Positions 1-9,693 of a DNA stretch of 64,000 bases are shown here, piece by piece (the first letter of the stretch is position 1; the number at the start of each line of letters is the position of its first letter). The DNA comes from an uncultured Methylomirabilota bacterium. GTDB lineage: Bacteria; Methylomirabilota; Methylomirabilia; Methylomirabilales; 2-02-FULL-66-22. Location of the stretch: positions 5,024,001-5,088,000 of the forward strand of contig OY970067.1 of assembly GCA_963705305.1 (NCBI GenBank), given 5' to 3'. Under the pieces are notes generated by a model. That model was not told the DNA's origin. It ran no database searches and saw only the letters and a program-made list of their open reading frames with translations. Position numbers and translations under genes: made by a program.

Positions 1-952
1 GACCGGAGCCCCGGGAGCCGCGCCCGGCCCCGGACGCCGACTGCCCCGCGCCCATCTCGCGGGGGGGAAGGATATGATAGGCGACGCCCTCGACCAGCGG
101 CATGGGCTGAAAACCGAAGCTCCGCTTGACCGCATCCAGGGCCGTGATGGTTCCCACCTCCAGCAGCTCCAGGTGGCGGTATCCCAGAAAGGGACTCTGC
201 CCCAAGCCTTCCAACGCCCGCCCCAGCCAGCCGGCCATCCGGCGCGAGAGGTGGATCTTCACCGGCGCCACGTTCAGCATCTTGCCCACCTGCTCCGCAA
301 TCTCCTCGTAGGTCAGGTGCTGGGGGCCTCCGACGGGGATGGTCCGATCCAGGGCCTCTTCGTCCTCGAGGGCCCGCACGAAGCATGAGACGACGTCGCC
401 CACCCAGATGGGCTGGAGCATGGCCTTCCCCGTGCCCGGAATCACCACCATGCCCAGGCGCTGGAGCAGTCGGGCCATGTTGCTGATAAGGCGATCGCCG
501 GCACCGAACATCAGGGAGGATTGCAGGACGACAAAGGGGAGGCCGCTCTCCCGGAGGCGATCCTCGGCCATCCCCCGACTCCGCAGGAAGGGGAGGCCGG
601 CGGAGGCCCCGCTCCCCAGCGGGCTGATCATGAGGATCCGCTCGACGCCTGCGGCACGGGCCCCCTCGATGAGGTGCTTCATGCCCGTCAGCTGGACATG
701 CTCCACCACGGCATCCCGTCCCTCATGAATGGGGGCGGCCAGGTGGATTATCTTCTGACTCCCCTGGCAGGCGCGGGCGACTGCACTTGCATCCAGCAGA
801 TGGCCCGGCACCAGCTCCGCCGGCTGGGTCCGCAGCCAGTCCACGCCGGGCGAGCCGGAGCGGACCAGGCAGCGCACCCCCTTGCCCGCGCCCAGCAGGC
901 GCCGCACCAAATGGTGCCCGAGGAATCCCGTGCCCCCGGTGATCAAGATCAT
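1..952 (-). CDS. NAD(P)-binding atypical SDR / NDUFA9-like epimerase family protein (3' end runs off window)
   Basis: Manual translation MILITGGTGFLGHHLVRRLL... (GxxGxxG Rossmann motif), later QPIWVGDV; no stop before base 1. Confidence 0.8.
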   Translation of the reverse strand, partial: MILITGGTGFLGHHLVRRLLGAGKGVRCLVRSGSPGVDWLRTQPAELVPGHLLDASAVARACQGSQKIIHLAAPIHEGRDAVVEHVQLTGMKHLIEGARAAGVERILMISPLGSGASAGLPFLRSRGMAEDRLRESGLPFVVLQSSLMFGAGDRLISNMARLLQRLGMVVIPGTGKAMLQPIWVGDVVSCFVRALEDEEALDRTIPVGGPQHLTYEEIAEQVGKMLNVAPVKIHLSRRMAGWLGRALEGLGQSPFLGYRHLELLEVGTITALDAVKRSFGFQPMPLVEGVAYHILPPREMGAGQSASGAGRGSRGSG

Positions 953-1055
953 CGGTATCTATCCTGTCGTCCCGACCGGGATTCCACCCCAGTCGGGACG
1001 GCGCCTGCCTCCGCCCTATCCTTCCGTCTCCCCCGCCGGGCCGGCGGGGCACTTT

Positions 1056-1220
1056 TCAACTCTTTCTCGAGGTTTTGGCGAAGAACGAGGAGAAGACCGG
1101 TTCCGCTTTGCTCGATCCGCACTTGGGACACTTGATCCGTTTCCGCTCTCGCTCGGCGATGGAGAGGGTGAGCGAGAATCGCTTGCGGCACCCGCCACAA
1201 CGGAAGTCGTATGTCGGCAT
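1056..1220 (-). CDS. FmdB-family zinc-ribbon protein (54 aa, not in ORF track)
   Basis: MPTYDFRCGGCRKRFSLTLSIAERERKRIKCPKCGSSKAEPVFSSFFAKTSRKS; MPxY..CxxC...CPxCGS signature. Confidence 0.85.
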   Translation of the reverse strand: MPTYDFRCGGCRKRFSLTLSIAERERKRIKCPKCGSSKAEPVFSSFFAKTSRKS

Positions 1221-1296
1221 TGGCACCCCCTTCGTGAGAAGAGAAGCCCGAAACGGCCGCCCACCCTTGCCGGGGGCCTTCGGCCCCGAGGCGGCT

Positions 1297-1638
1297 CTAT
1301 GAGGCCTCGCGCAGCTTGCGCAGTCGTCGCTTCATCCGCTTGATCCGATGTCGAGCCACTCCTGCCCCCGTCCGGTCCTTGGCCTGCGCCGCCGCATCTC
1401 GATCGCTCTTCAGCGCTCGAATGGCCGCCTTTAGCTGGGCCGTCCCCATGCTGGCCGTCGCCTGCCCCTTCTCCTCCTTCGGGCGCAGCCCGAGGCGCAC
1501 CTCCTCGGTGATGATGGCCTCGACCAGCTCCTCCTTCTTCATGCCCGACACGCCGGTGACATTGGGATACTTCTCGATCGCCAGCTCCCGCAGCTTCGGC
1601 GCGGTCATCTTCTCCAGCTCAGCGCGCGTCGTCACCAT
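1297..1638 (-). CDS. Stand-alone Rho termination factor N-terminal-like domain protein
   Basis: LEKMTAPKLRELA...GVSGMKKEELVEAI matches the Rho_N pattern; GGAGG RBS before ATG at 1638. Confidence 0.65.
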   Translation of the reverse strand: MVTTRAELEKMTAPKLRELAIEKYPNVTGVSGMKKEELVEAIITEEVRLGLRPKEEKGQATASMGTAQLKAAIRALKSDRDAAAQAKDRTGAGVARHRIKRMKRRLRKLREAS

Positions 1639-1834
1639 CCGCCTTCCTCCTGAGGACGATGCCACGATTGGCAGCGGATCCCCCGGATCCTCCGAGCGGG
1701 ATTCGCTGCGACTCCGGACCGATCCATTGGATTATATCCCTGCGGACTTAAAAATCAAGCCTGTGGCTGGCAGCGCGGATTCGGGAGGACCGGCAGCGGC
1801 GGGAAGGCCTCATCGCGCTTTGGACCCGCGGCGC

Positions 1835-3004
1835 CTATCCGGCGGCGGCGAGCGAGGCGAGGGCGGCCGCCACGCCCCCGGGGATGAAGGGGATCTTCGC
1901 CAGGGCCAGGCCCATCTCGACACCGCAGAGGGCTCCGGCCAGCGTGAGGTCGTTCAGGTCGCCGAGGTGCCCGATCCGGAACACGCGTCCCTTCAGCTTG
2001 CCCAGGCCGGTGCCCAGGGACAGGTCGAACCGCTCCAGCACGAGCTTTCGCAGGACATCCGCATCGTGACCGGCCGGCATCATCACGCCGGTGAGGGAAT
2101 TGCTGTATTCGGCGGAATTTCGGCAGACAACCTCCAGCCCCCAGCCCCGCACGGCGCGGCGTGTGGCTTCGGCGTGGCGGGCGTGGCGGGTGAAGACATT
2201 TTCGAGCCCCTCGTCGAGGAGCATCCGGATGGCCTCCTTGAGGCCGTAGAGCAGATTCGTCGCCGGGGTGTACGGGAAGAAGCCTGCGGCATTGTCCACC
2301 AGCATGGCCTCCCAGTCCCAGTAGGATCGGGGCAGGCGGGCCGACTTCGCCGCCGCCAGAGCCTTCTTGCTGATGGCGTTGATGCCCAGACCGGGGGGCA
2401 GCATCAGACCTTTCTGGGAGCAGCTCACGGTCACGTCCACCCCCCACTCGTCATGCCGGTACTCGATGGAGGCCAGGGAGGAGATCGTATCCACCAGAAG
2501 GAGGGCCGGATGGTTCGCTGCATCCAGCGCCTTCCGCACCCCGGACACATTGCTCGTCACGCCGGTGGAGGTCTCGTTATGCACCACAGCCACCGCCTTG
2601 ATCTGACGGGCGGTATCCTCGGCCAATTTAGCCTCCACCACCCCAGGATCCACGCCGCTGCGCCAGTCGCCGGGGACGAACTCCACCTCCAGCCCCAGCC
2701 GTACCGCCATGTTTCGCCAGAGGGTGGCGAAGTGACCGGTCTCGAACATCAGGATCCGGTCTCCGGGGGACAAGGTGTTCACCAGGGACGCCTCCCACGC
2801 GCCCGTGCCGGAGGACGGGAAGATCACCACCGGTCCCGCAGTCCGCACCACCTGCTGGAGTCCCGCCAGCACCTCGCGCGCCAGCCCCGCAAATTCGGGA
2901 CCCCGGTGGTCGATGGTCGGGTAGCTCAACGCCCGCAAGACGCGATCGGGCACGTTGCTGGGCCCGGGAATCTGCAGAAAGTGGCGTCCGCTCTTGGCGA
3001 CCAT
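1835..3004 (-). CDS. Serine/alanine-glyoxylate aminotransferase (class V, PLP)
   Basis: GRHFLQIPGPSNVPDRVL, HNETSTG, DTISSL, CSQKGLMLPPG, FRIGHLG. Confidence 0.9.
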   Translation of the reverse strand: MVAKSGRHFLQIPGPSNVPDRVLRALSYPTIDHRGPEFAGLAREVLAGLQQVVRTAGPVVIFPSSGTGAWEASLVNTLSPGDRILMFETGHFATLWRNMAVRLGLEVEFVPGDWRSGVDPGVVEAKLAEDTARQIKAVAVVHNETSTGVTSNVSGVRKALDAANHPALLLVDTISSLASIEYRHDEWGVDVTVSCSQKGLMLPPGLGINAISKKALAAAKSARLPRSYWDWEAMLVDNAAGFFPYTPATNLLYGLKEAIRMLLDEGLENVFTRHARHAEATRRAVRGWGLEVVCRNSAEYSNSLTGVMMPAGHDADVLRKLVLERFDLSLGTGLGKLKGRVFRIGHLGDLNDLTLAGALCGVEMGLALAKIPFIPGGVAAALASLAAAG

Positions 3005-3143
3005 ATCATTCCTCCCTGCCAGCTGGCCGGTTGTGGCTGCACGCTCAACCCAGACCTTGACCGAGCACGCGGGGGCGGTCGGAAACCGGCCGCGCCCACC
3101 CACGCGCGCCCCGAATGCCAATTGCCTGTGTTCAGGCCCCTTT

Positions 3144-3379
3144 GCAGGATGCTCAAATACCCGTGTTCGCCCAGGCTGCTCAAAAAGGCCCAGATGTCCC
3201 TCGACTTCGCTCGGGACCGTGAGCCTGTCGAACGGCAAGGCGGCGTCACCCATCCCTCGGGATGGGTACCCGGGGCGGGGCACCCGCCGCAGGCGGGTCA
3301 AGGCGTACTTCCGGTACGCCGCAACGAGTGCCCGAGCGCGTCAACGCGGCAGATGAGCCCTTTTTCAGCAGCCTGTTAG
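3144..3379. repeat. MITE/REP-like element family A, copy 1 (with nested palindromic modules)
   Basis: GCAGGATGCTCAAA...CCCAGGCTGCTCAAAAAGG...TTTTTCAGCAGCCTGTTAG; similar to 14715-14797 and 21401-21530. Confidence 0.7.
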
Positions 3380-5124
3380 CGGACCGCCGCCGGCTGGGGA
3401 ACCGGCACCTCCTCCGGCAGGTCGATCACGGGATCCCGCTCGACGATCTTGTCCAGAGCGATTCCCATGGCGGCGTCGGTCTCGCGATCTACGCGAATCT
3501 CGACGAGGACGGGGATCTTCCGGCTGTTGGACTCCTGGACGGCCCAGGCCAGCGCCGGCTTGATCTCCTCGGGCTTGATGATCCGCTTGCCGGCGCCTCC
3601 GAAACCCTCCATGATCTTGACGAAATCGGGCCCGTAGCCGTCCCCGTATCCGATATCCACGCCGTAGTTCATGTGGTAGAGATACTTGGACGGCTGCCGG
3701 ATCAGCGACAGGTAGCCGTTGTTCAACATGACCATCACGTAGGGCACGTTGTTCTGGACGGCGGTGGCCAGGTCCCCCAGGAGGAATTGGAAGGAATAGT
3801 CCCCCACCACGCCCACCACCTGCGCGGTCGGCTTGCCCAGCTTGATGCCCAGACAGGCCGGCACCTCCCAGCCCAGGGGACCCGCCTGGCCGCAACAGAA
3901 GTACGTGTGCGGCCTCCGGATCTCCTGAAACTGGCCCGACCAGATCTGGTACAGGCCGATGGCCGTGGCGAAAATGGTGTCGGGGCCGAAGAACTCGTTC
4001 AGCTCCTTGAAGACCCGCTGGGGCTTCAGCGGCACCTGGTCGAAGTCCATCTTGCGGCGGAAACGCCGCTTGTAGTCGGCGGCCTTCCGGCTCCAGTCGC
4101 TGGGAGAGCGCGGCGCCGTCATCTGCCTGGCCGTTCGCAGGAGCGATTCCACCGCCAGCTTGGCGTCCGCCACGATGCCGAGATCGGCCGGGAAGACCTT
4201 GCCGATGACGGTCGGCTCGATGTCGATGTGGATGAATTTGCGCCCGCCGCGGTAGACGCCCAGATCCCCGGTGTGCCGCTCGGCGAACCGGTTGCCGATG
4301 GAGAGGACCACATCGGACTCCAGGAACAGCTTGTTGCCGGCCCGGGTGTTGGTCTGTAGCCCGACCCGCCCTCCGTACAGCGGGTGATCGAAGGCGATGC
4401 CACCTTCGGCCATGTAGGTCGGAATGACGGGGATCTGCAGGTACTCCGCCAGCTCGACGAACTGCTGGCTGGCCCGGGCCAGCATGACCCCGCCGCCCAT
4501 CATCAGGATCGGCCGCTCGCCCTGCAGCAGCATCTCCAGAGCCCGCCGGATCTTGCGGGCGTCGGGGGACGGCTTGAAGACCTCCAGGGGCGCGTCGATG
4601 TCGGGATCGTACTCCACCTCCCCGCGCTGCACGTTCAGGGGCAGATCGATGAGCACCGGGCCGGGCCGACCCTCCCGGGCGATCCGGAAGGCCTCGCGGA
4701 ACACCTGCGGGATCTGGGCGCTCTCCTTGACGCAGTAGGTCTTCTTGGTCACCGGCTTGGCGATCTCGGCGATGTCCACCGCCTGGAAGGCCTCCGTGTG
4801 CAGCCGTTCCGAGAGCGCCTGGCCGGTGATGCACACGATGGGGATGGAGTCCCCCATGCAGGTGTAGAGGCCGGTCACCATGTTGGTCCCGGCGGGGCCC
4901 GAAGTCCCGATGGCCACGCCGACCTTGCCGGTGACGCGCGCCCACCCGTCGGCGGCGTGGGTGGCCCCCTCTTCGTGGCGCATGGTCAGGTGCCGGATCT
5001 TCTTGGACTTCGACAGCGCCTTGTACAGGGGCAGGATGGCGGCCCCGGGGATCCCGAAGCAGACGTCCACACCCTCGCTCTCGAGAATGTGCACGGCGGC
5101 TTCCATGACAGGCATCATGGCCAT
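3376..5124 (-). CDS. gcl: Glyoxylate carboligase (ThDP-dependent)
   Basis: FGIPGAAILPLY, GTSGPAGTNMVTGLY, GQAGPLGW, GDYSFQF, NNGYLSLIRQ. Confidence 0.85.
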   Translation of the reverse strand: MAMMPVMEAAVHILESEGVDVCFGIPGAAILPLYKALSKSKKIRHLTMRHEEGATHAADGWARVTGKVGVAIGTSGPAGTNMVTGLYTCMGDSIPIVCITGQALSERLHTEAFQAVDIAEIAKPVTKKTYCVKESAQIPQVFREAFRIAREGRPGPVLIDLPLNVQRGEVEYDPDIDAPLEVFKPSPDARKIRRALEMLLQGERPILMMGGGVMLARASQQFVELAEYLQIPVIPTYMAEGGIAFDHPLYGGRVGLQTNTRAGNKLFLESDVVLSIGNRFAERHTGDLGVYRGGRKFIHIDIEPTVIGKVFPADLGIVADAKLAVESLLRTARQMTAPRSPSDWSRKAADYKRRFRRKMDFDQVPLKPQRVFKELNEFFGPDTIFATAIGLYQIWSGQFQEIRRPHTYFCCGQAGPLGWEVPACLGIKLGKPTAQVVGVVGDYSFQFLLGDLATAVQNNVPYVMVMLNNGYLSLIRQPSKYLYHMNYGVDIGYGDGYGPDFVKIMEGFGGAGKRIIKPEEIKPALAWAVQESNSRKIPVLVEIRVDRETDAAMGIALDKIVERDPVIDLPEEVPVPQPAAVR

Positions 5125-5268
5125 GACGACCTCCTTGATCGGGGGGGCCCCGGGACCATCCGGGGGCCGATTATCGTAGTACTGACAGGCAGCCCGCCTG
5201 CGCCGCCCGGCATCTGCAGCTGATGCGCTGGCGGCGGACGGCGCGACCGCGGGACGTTCCGCGTCTGG

Positions 5269-6132
5269 CTAGACCGTGGCGCGATAGCCGAGCTCCGCGG
5301 AGATCTCGTCCGCGGTCCGCCGCATCAACGGAGCCAGCGCCGCCAGCCGCCGGGAGGTCAGGCGGATCGCCGGTCCCGAGACGCTCAGCGCTCCTTCCAC
5401 CTGCCCGGCGGCATTGTGGAGGGGCGCGGCGATGCAGCTGGCCCCCTCCTCGCACTCTTCCTGATCCAGGGCGAACCCTTGCAGCCGGGCCTGCTGCAGC
5501 TCGCGCCAGAACAGGCTGGGGGCGACGATCGTGCGAGGGGTGAGCGCCTCCAGCCGACCTTGGCCAAGCAGGGCCTCTGCCTCCGCGCGGGGACGATACG
5601 CCAGCAGGACCTTGCCCACCGCCGTGCAGTGCAGGGGGGCCCGGTGCCCGATGCGGGAGAAGTAACGGAGACTCTGCGGGCTCTCGACCTTGTCCAGATA
5701 CAGGACCTCCCGCCCCTCCAGGACCACCAGGTTTGATGTCTCCCCGGTCTCCCGGCTGAGGCGCTCCAGCCAGGGATGCACCAGGCCCCGCAGGTCGAGC
5801 TGGGCCAGATATGCCTCGGCCAGTCGCACGGACTGCGGACCCAGGGCATACCGGCCGGTCTCGGCGTTCTGCCGGGCGTAGCCCCTGGCGACCAGCGTGG
5901 CCAGGAGGCGGTGCGTGGTGCTCACGTGCAGGCCGACCTCTTTGCTGAGCGCCGCGATGCCCACCTCTCCGGGGCCGTCCCTCAAGGCCTCCAAGAGTGT
6001 CAGCGCCCGGCCGATTGATTGCACCCTCTCCCGCCCGTTGCCGGAACGGACCTCCGGAGCCTGGCGGGGTCTGCCCGCCCGCATGGGGGTGGCGGCCCGG
6101 CGGCCCGGCGGTGGGTTCTCTGATTTTCGCAT
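5269..6132 (-). CDS. IclR-family transcriptional regulator (AllR-like)
   Basis: VQSIGRALTLLE HTH, GHRAPLHCTAVGKVLLA, ALSVSGP; start may be ATG at 6084. Confidence 0.9.
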   Translation of the reverse strand: MRKSENPPPGRRAATPMRAGRPRQAPEVRSGNGRERVQSIGRALTLLEALRDGPGEVGIAALSKEVGLHVSTTHRLLATLVARGYARQNAETGRYALGPQSVRLAEAYLAQLDLRGLVHPWLERLSRETGETSNLVVLEGREVLYLDKVESPQSLRYFSRIGHRAPLHCTAVGKVLLAYRPRAEAEALLGQGRLEALTPRTIVAPSLFWRELQQARLQGFALDQEECEEGASCIAAPLHNAAGQVEGALSVSGPAIRLTSRRLAALAPLMRRTADEISAELGYRATV

Positions 6133-6158
6133 TACGATAATTCCTTTCGTAATGTGAA
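6126..6158. promoter_or_regulatory. Inverted repeat, candidate IclR operator
   Basis: TTCGCATTACGA-n9-TCGTAATGTGAA, 11/12 complementary, overlapping the first IclR ATG. Confidence 0.55.
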
Positions 6159-6207
6159 TCTAGCGCCTTATTCCGTCACTGTCAATCCTGAACCGTGAAA
6201 CGTCTTG

Positions 6208-6276
6208 AACCGCCATGACGCCAAGGCCAGCCCATTCAACTTCGAAATTCGAATTTTCCCTTGGCGTGTTGACGCT
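6208..6276. repeat. Palindromic REP-like family B, copy 1
   Basis: AACCGCCATGACGCCAAGG...TTCGAAATTCGAATTTTCCCTTGGCG; related to 50098-50132 and 52185-52258. Confidence 0.65.
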
Positions 6277-6512
6277 GAGATAGTTGCGGAACGGAGCCAA
6301 CCCACAGCAGGCCGCGGCCAATGAAGGCCTGGGGATCGAAGCAGAGATCAAATCATGCAGATCTTGCTGCAGCTCACAGCGGCGAGGAAGATCATTTGAC
6401 GGCTGCGGCGCGCCTCGACGGCGGCCCTGACTCGCCTGGATTCCGGTCCCTCGACAGGCTCGGGGCCGGAATGACGGGGCCCGAAAAGCAAGGAAGCGTC
6501 GGGCGCATTCCC

Positions 6513-6770
6513 CTAGGAGGTGATCTTCAGGACCTCGTCGCCTTTCCGCACCCGATCCTTCACCCGGATCCCCACGACCTGCCCCACGCCGGCCTGCTGC
6601 ACGGCCTGATGCTCGAGCTGCATCGAATCCACCGGCTGCGTCAGGTCCGTGGTGTGCCCCTTGATCCGAATGGAATCCCCGACGGCCAGAGATCCCTGCG
6701 TCACCTGGATGCCGGCTACCCCGACCTTTGCAAAATAGTCCACCACCGTGCCGACCAAGACCTCGCCCAT
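6513..6770 (-). CDS. Small EF-Tu domain II / peptidase U32 C-terminal-like beta-barrel protein
   Basis: VGTVVDYFAKVGVA...LAVGDSIRIKG...SMQLEHQAVQQAGVGQVVGIRV. Confidence 0.75.
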   Translation of the reverse strand: MGEVLVGTVVDYFAKVGVAGIQVTQGSLAVGDSIRIKGHTTDLTQPVDSMQLEHQAVQQAGVGQVVGIRVKDRVRKGDEVLKITS

Positions 6771-6947
6771 GATCGCACCTCCTGCGGCAAACTCGGGGGA
6801 GCCCCCCTCGCCGCGCGCTCTGCGGGTGTGGCAATGACGCTACCATCATCCCGGAGAGCGAGGCAAGGCTTTTCTCGCCCGGGTTTCATTGACAAGCCCC
6901 GCCTGCATCGGCTATAAACGCACAACCCTACACCGAAGGAGCGTCGA

Positions 6948-9662
6948 ATGCCCTCACGATCCATCATCGGCTCGATCATCCTCGCCTTCATCGCACTCAA
7001 TCTGCTGGGACAAACGCTGCCGCTCTACACCGACTATCTCTGGTTCCAGGAAGTCCATCTGACCTCGGTCTTCACCACCATCCTGTGGATGAAGGTGCTC
7101 ATGGGAGTCCTCGTCGGCCTGGCCTTCGCCGTCCTGGTCTACCTGAACGTCCACATGGCGGCCCGCCCCACGCCGGGCGACGTCCTCGTGGAGCTGGACG
7201 ATCCCCTCGGCCTCCCCAGTCGCCTGGTCATCGAGCCCCTGTTCCAAAAGCTGCTCCTCCCGGGGGCGCTGGTCCTCGGGTTCCTGGCGGCCTTCCAGGG
7301 TGTCTCGCAGTGGGAGACCGTCCTGCGCTTCCTGAACGGCCAGCCCTTCAACACGCCAGACCCCCTCTTCGGCCGCGACATCGGCTTCTACGTGTTTCGC
7401 CTCCCCTTCCTAGAGATGCTCTACGGCTGGGCGCTGGCGGCGCTGGGGGTCACTTTCCTGCTGGTCCTGGCAACCTATGTCCTGCACCGCGGGATCCAGA
7501 TCACGCCACGCGGCTTGCGGGTGGCCACCCGGGCCCGCGCCCACCTGCTGGCGCTGGGGGCCCTGCTCCTGATCGTCAAGGCTGCCGGCTACTACCTGAA
7601 CACCTTCGACCTGCTCCTGTCTCCCCAGGGCATCGTGTTCGGGGCCAGCTACACGGATATCAACGCCCAGCTGCCCGCCTTGCACATCCTGACCATCCTA
7701 ACCCTGGCGGCAGCGGCGGTCTGCATCTGGCAGATCGGCCGCGCGGGTGCGCGCCCGGTCTACGTCACGCTGGCGGTCCTGCTGGGGGTCAACATCCTGG
7801 GCCTGGGTGTGTACCCGGCCCTGCTCCAGCGAGTCCGCGTGGTGCCCAACGAGCTGGTGGCGGAGCGGCCCTACATCGAGCAGAACATCAAGTACACGCG
7901 GATGGCCTACGGGCTGGATCGCATCCGGGAGGAGGAGTTCCCGGCCTCCGAGACCCTGACCGCCGCCGACCTGGCCAACAACAGCGCCACCATCCAGAAC
8001 ATCCGGCTGTGGGATCACCGTCCCCTGCTCGCCACCTACGCTCAGCTCCAGGAGATCCGGACGTACTACCAGTTCGTAGACGTGGACAACGACCGCTACG
8101 AGGTGAACGGACAGCTTCGGCAGGTCATGCTCTCGCCGCGCGAGCTCTCCTACACCCACTTGCCCAGCCGAATTTGGATCAACGAGCGGCTCACCTACAC
8201 CCACGGCTACGGTGTGGTCCTGGGCCCGGTGAATCGCGTCACACCGGAAGGGCTGCCGGAGTTCTGGATCCAGGACATTCCCCCCGCCTCCTCGCAATCA
8301 ATCAAGGTCACTCGCCCCGAGATCTACTACGGGGAGACCGCTAACGACTACGTCTTCGTCAAGACACATGCGCAGGAGCTGGACTATCCCGCCGGCGACA
8401 AGAACGTCTACACCTCCTACACTGGGAGCGGGGGCGTTCCCATCCAGTCGTTCTGGCGCAAGCTGATCTTCTCCCTCCGCTTCGGGGATCCCAAGATCAT
8501 CCTGTCGAACGACATCGTAGACGACAGCCGGGTGATGTACTATCGGGACATCGAAGAGCGGGTCAAGCGGGCGGCTCCGTTCATCCTGTTCGACCCCGAT
8601 CCGTACCTGGTCATCGGCGCAGGCGGCCGCCTCTTCTGGATTATCGACGGGTACACCACCACCGACCGCTTCCCATATTCCGAGCCGGTCCGCGGGATTG
8701 GCAATTACATCCGCAACTCGGTGAAGGCCGTCGTGGACGCCTACAACGGCAGCCTGGCTTTTTACCTCAGCGAGCCGAACGACCCGGTGGTCCAGACGTA
8801 CGCGCGGGCCTTCCCCGGCCTGTTTCAGCCTCTGTCCGCCATGCCCGCCGATCTCAGGCCCCACATTCGTTATCCCCAGGGGCTGTTCTCCATCCAGGCC
8901 CGCATGTACGCCACCTACCATATGCAGGACCCCCAGGTCTTCTACAATAAGGAGGACCTGTGGTCCATTCCCAAGCGGGTCTCCGACGGGCAGGAGCAGG
9001 AGATGGAGCCGTACTACACCATCATGCGGCTCCCGGGGGAGCAGGGAGAGGAGTTCATCCTGCTCACCCCCTTCAACCCCAGCAAGAAGGACAACATGAT
9101 CGCGTGGATGGCTGCTCGCAGCGATGGGCCCCACTACGGCACGCTGATCGCGTACGTCTTTCCGAAGCAGAAGCTGATTTACGGCCCCCGGCAGATCGAG
9201 GCGCGTATCGACCAGGACGCGTTCATTTCACAGCAGTTGAGCCTGTGGAGCCAGCGGGGCTCTCAGGTCATCCGGGGCAGCCTGCTCGCCATCCCCATCG
9301 AGAAGTCCCTCCTCTACGTCCAGCCCCTCTACCTGGCGGCCGAGAAAGGATCCCTGCCCGAGTTGAAGCGGGTCATTGTTGCCTTCGGCAACCAGATCGC
9401 CATGGAGGAGACCCTGGAGGCCTCCCTGGACCAACTGTTCGGAACCCCCGGCAGGCAGCGGGAGGTTGCCGCCATGGAGGCGCCGGCCCGGGGCGCGCAG
9501 CGGCCCCCCAGAGAGCTCGGCGTGCGCGGATTGGCGGCTCAGGCGTGGCAGCAGTATTCCCGGGGCCAGGACCTGCTCCGCCAGGGAGACTTTGCGGGCT
9601 ACGGGGAGCAGATGCGACAGCTGGAAGGCACGCTGAAGAAGCTGCAGGAGCAGGCGCGCTGA
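6948..9662 (+). CDS. UPF0182 family membrane protein
   Basis: 904 aa, N-terminal TM helices, DPLFGRDIGFYVF, NIRLWD, YTHGYG, NYIRNSVK, VIRGSLL. Confidence 0.92.
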   Translation: MPSRSIIGSIILAFIALNLLGQTLPLYTDYLWFQEVHLTSVFTTILWMKVLMGVLVGLAFAVLVYLNVHMAARPTPGDVLVELDDPLGLPSRLVIEPLFQKLLLPGALVLGFLAAFQGVSQWETVLRFLNGQPFNTPDPLFGRDIGFYVFRLPFLEMLYGWALAALGVTFLLVLATYVLHRGIQITPRGLRVATRARAHLLALGALLLIVKAAGYYLNTFDLLLSPQGIVFGASYTDINAQLPALHILTILTLAAAAVCIWQIGRAGARPVYVTLAVLLGVNILGLGVYPALLQRVRVVPNELVAERPYIEQNIKYTRMAYGLDRIREEEFPASETLTAADLANNSATIQNIRLWDHRPLLATYAQLQEIRTYYQFVDVDNDRYEVNGQLRQVMLSPRELSYTHLPSRIWINERLTYTHGYGVVLGPVNRVTPEGLPEFWIQDIPPASSQSIKVTRPEIYYGETANDYVFVKTHAQELDYPAGDKNVYTSYTGSGGVPIQSFWRKLIFSLRFGDPKIILSNDIVDDSRVMYYRDIEERVKRAAPFILFDPDPYLVIGAGGRLFWIIDGYTTTDRFPYSEPVRGIGNYIRNSVKAVVDAYNGSLAFYLSEPNDPVVQTYARAFPGLFQPLSAMPADLRPHIRYPQGLFSIQARMYATYHMQDPQVFYNKEDLWSIPKRVSDGQEQEMEPYYTIMRLPGEQGEEFILLTPFNPSKKDNMIAWMAARSDGPHYGTLIAYVFPKQKLIYGPRQIEARIDQDAFISQQLSLWSQRGSQVIRGSLLAIPIEKSLLYVQPLYLAAEKGSLPELKRVIVAFGNQIAMEETLEASLDQLFGTPGRQREVAAMEAPARGAQRPPRELGVRGLAAQAWQQYSRGQDLLRQGDFAGYGEQMRQLEGTLKKLQEQAR

Positions 9663-9693
9663 CCGGCGGATGTCCGCGGGAGGCGGCTTCGCC

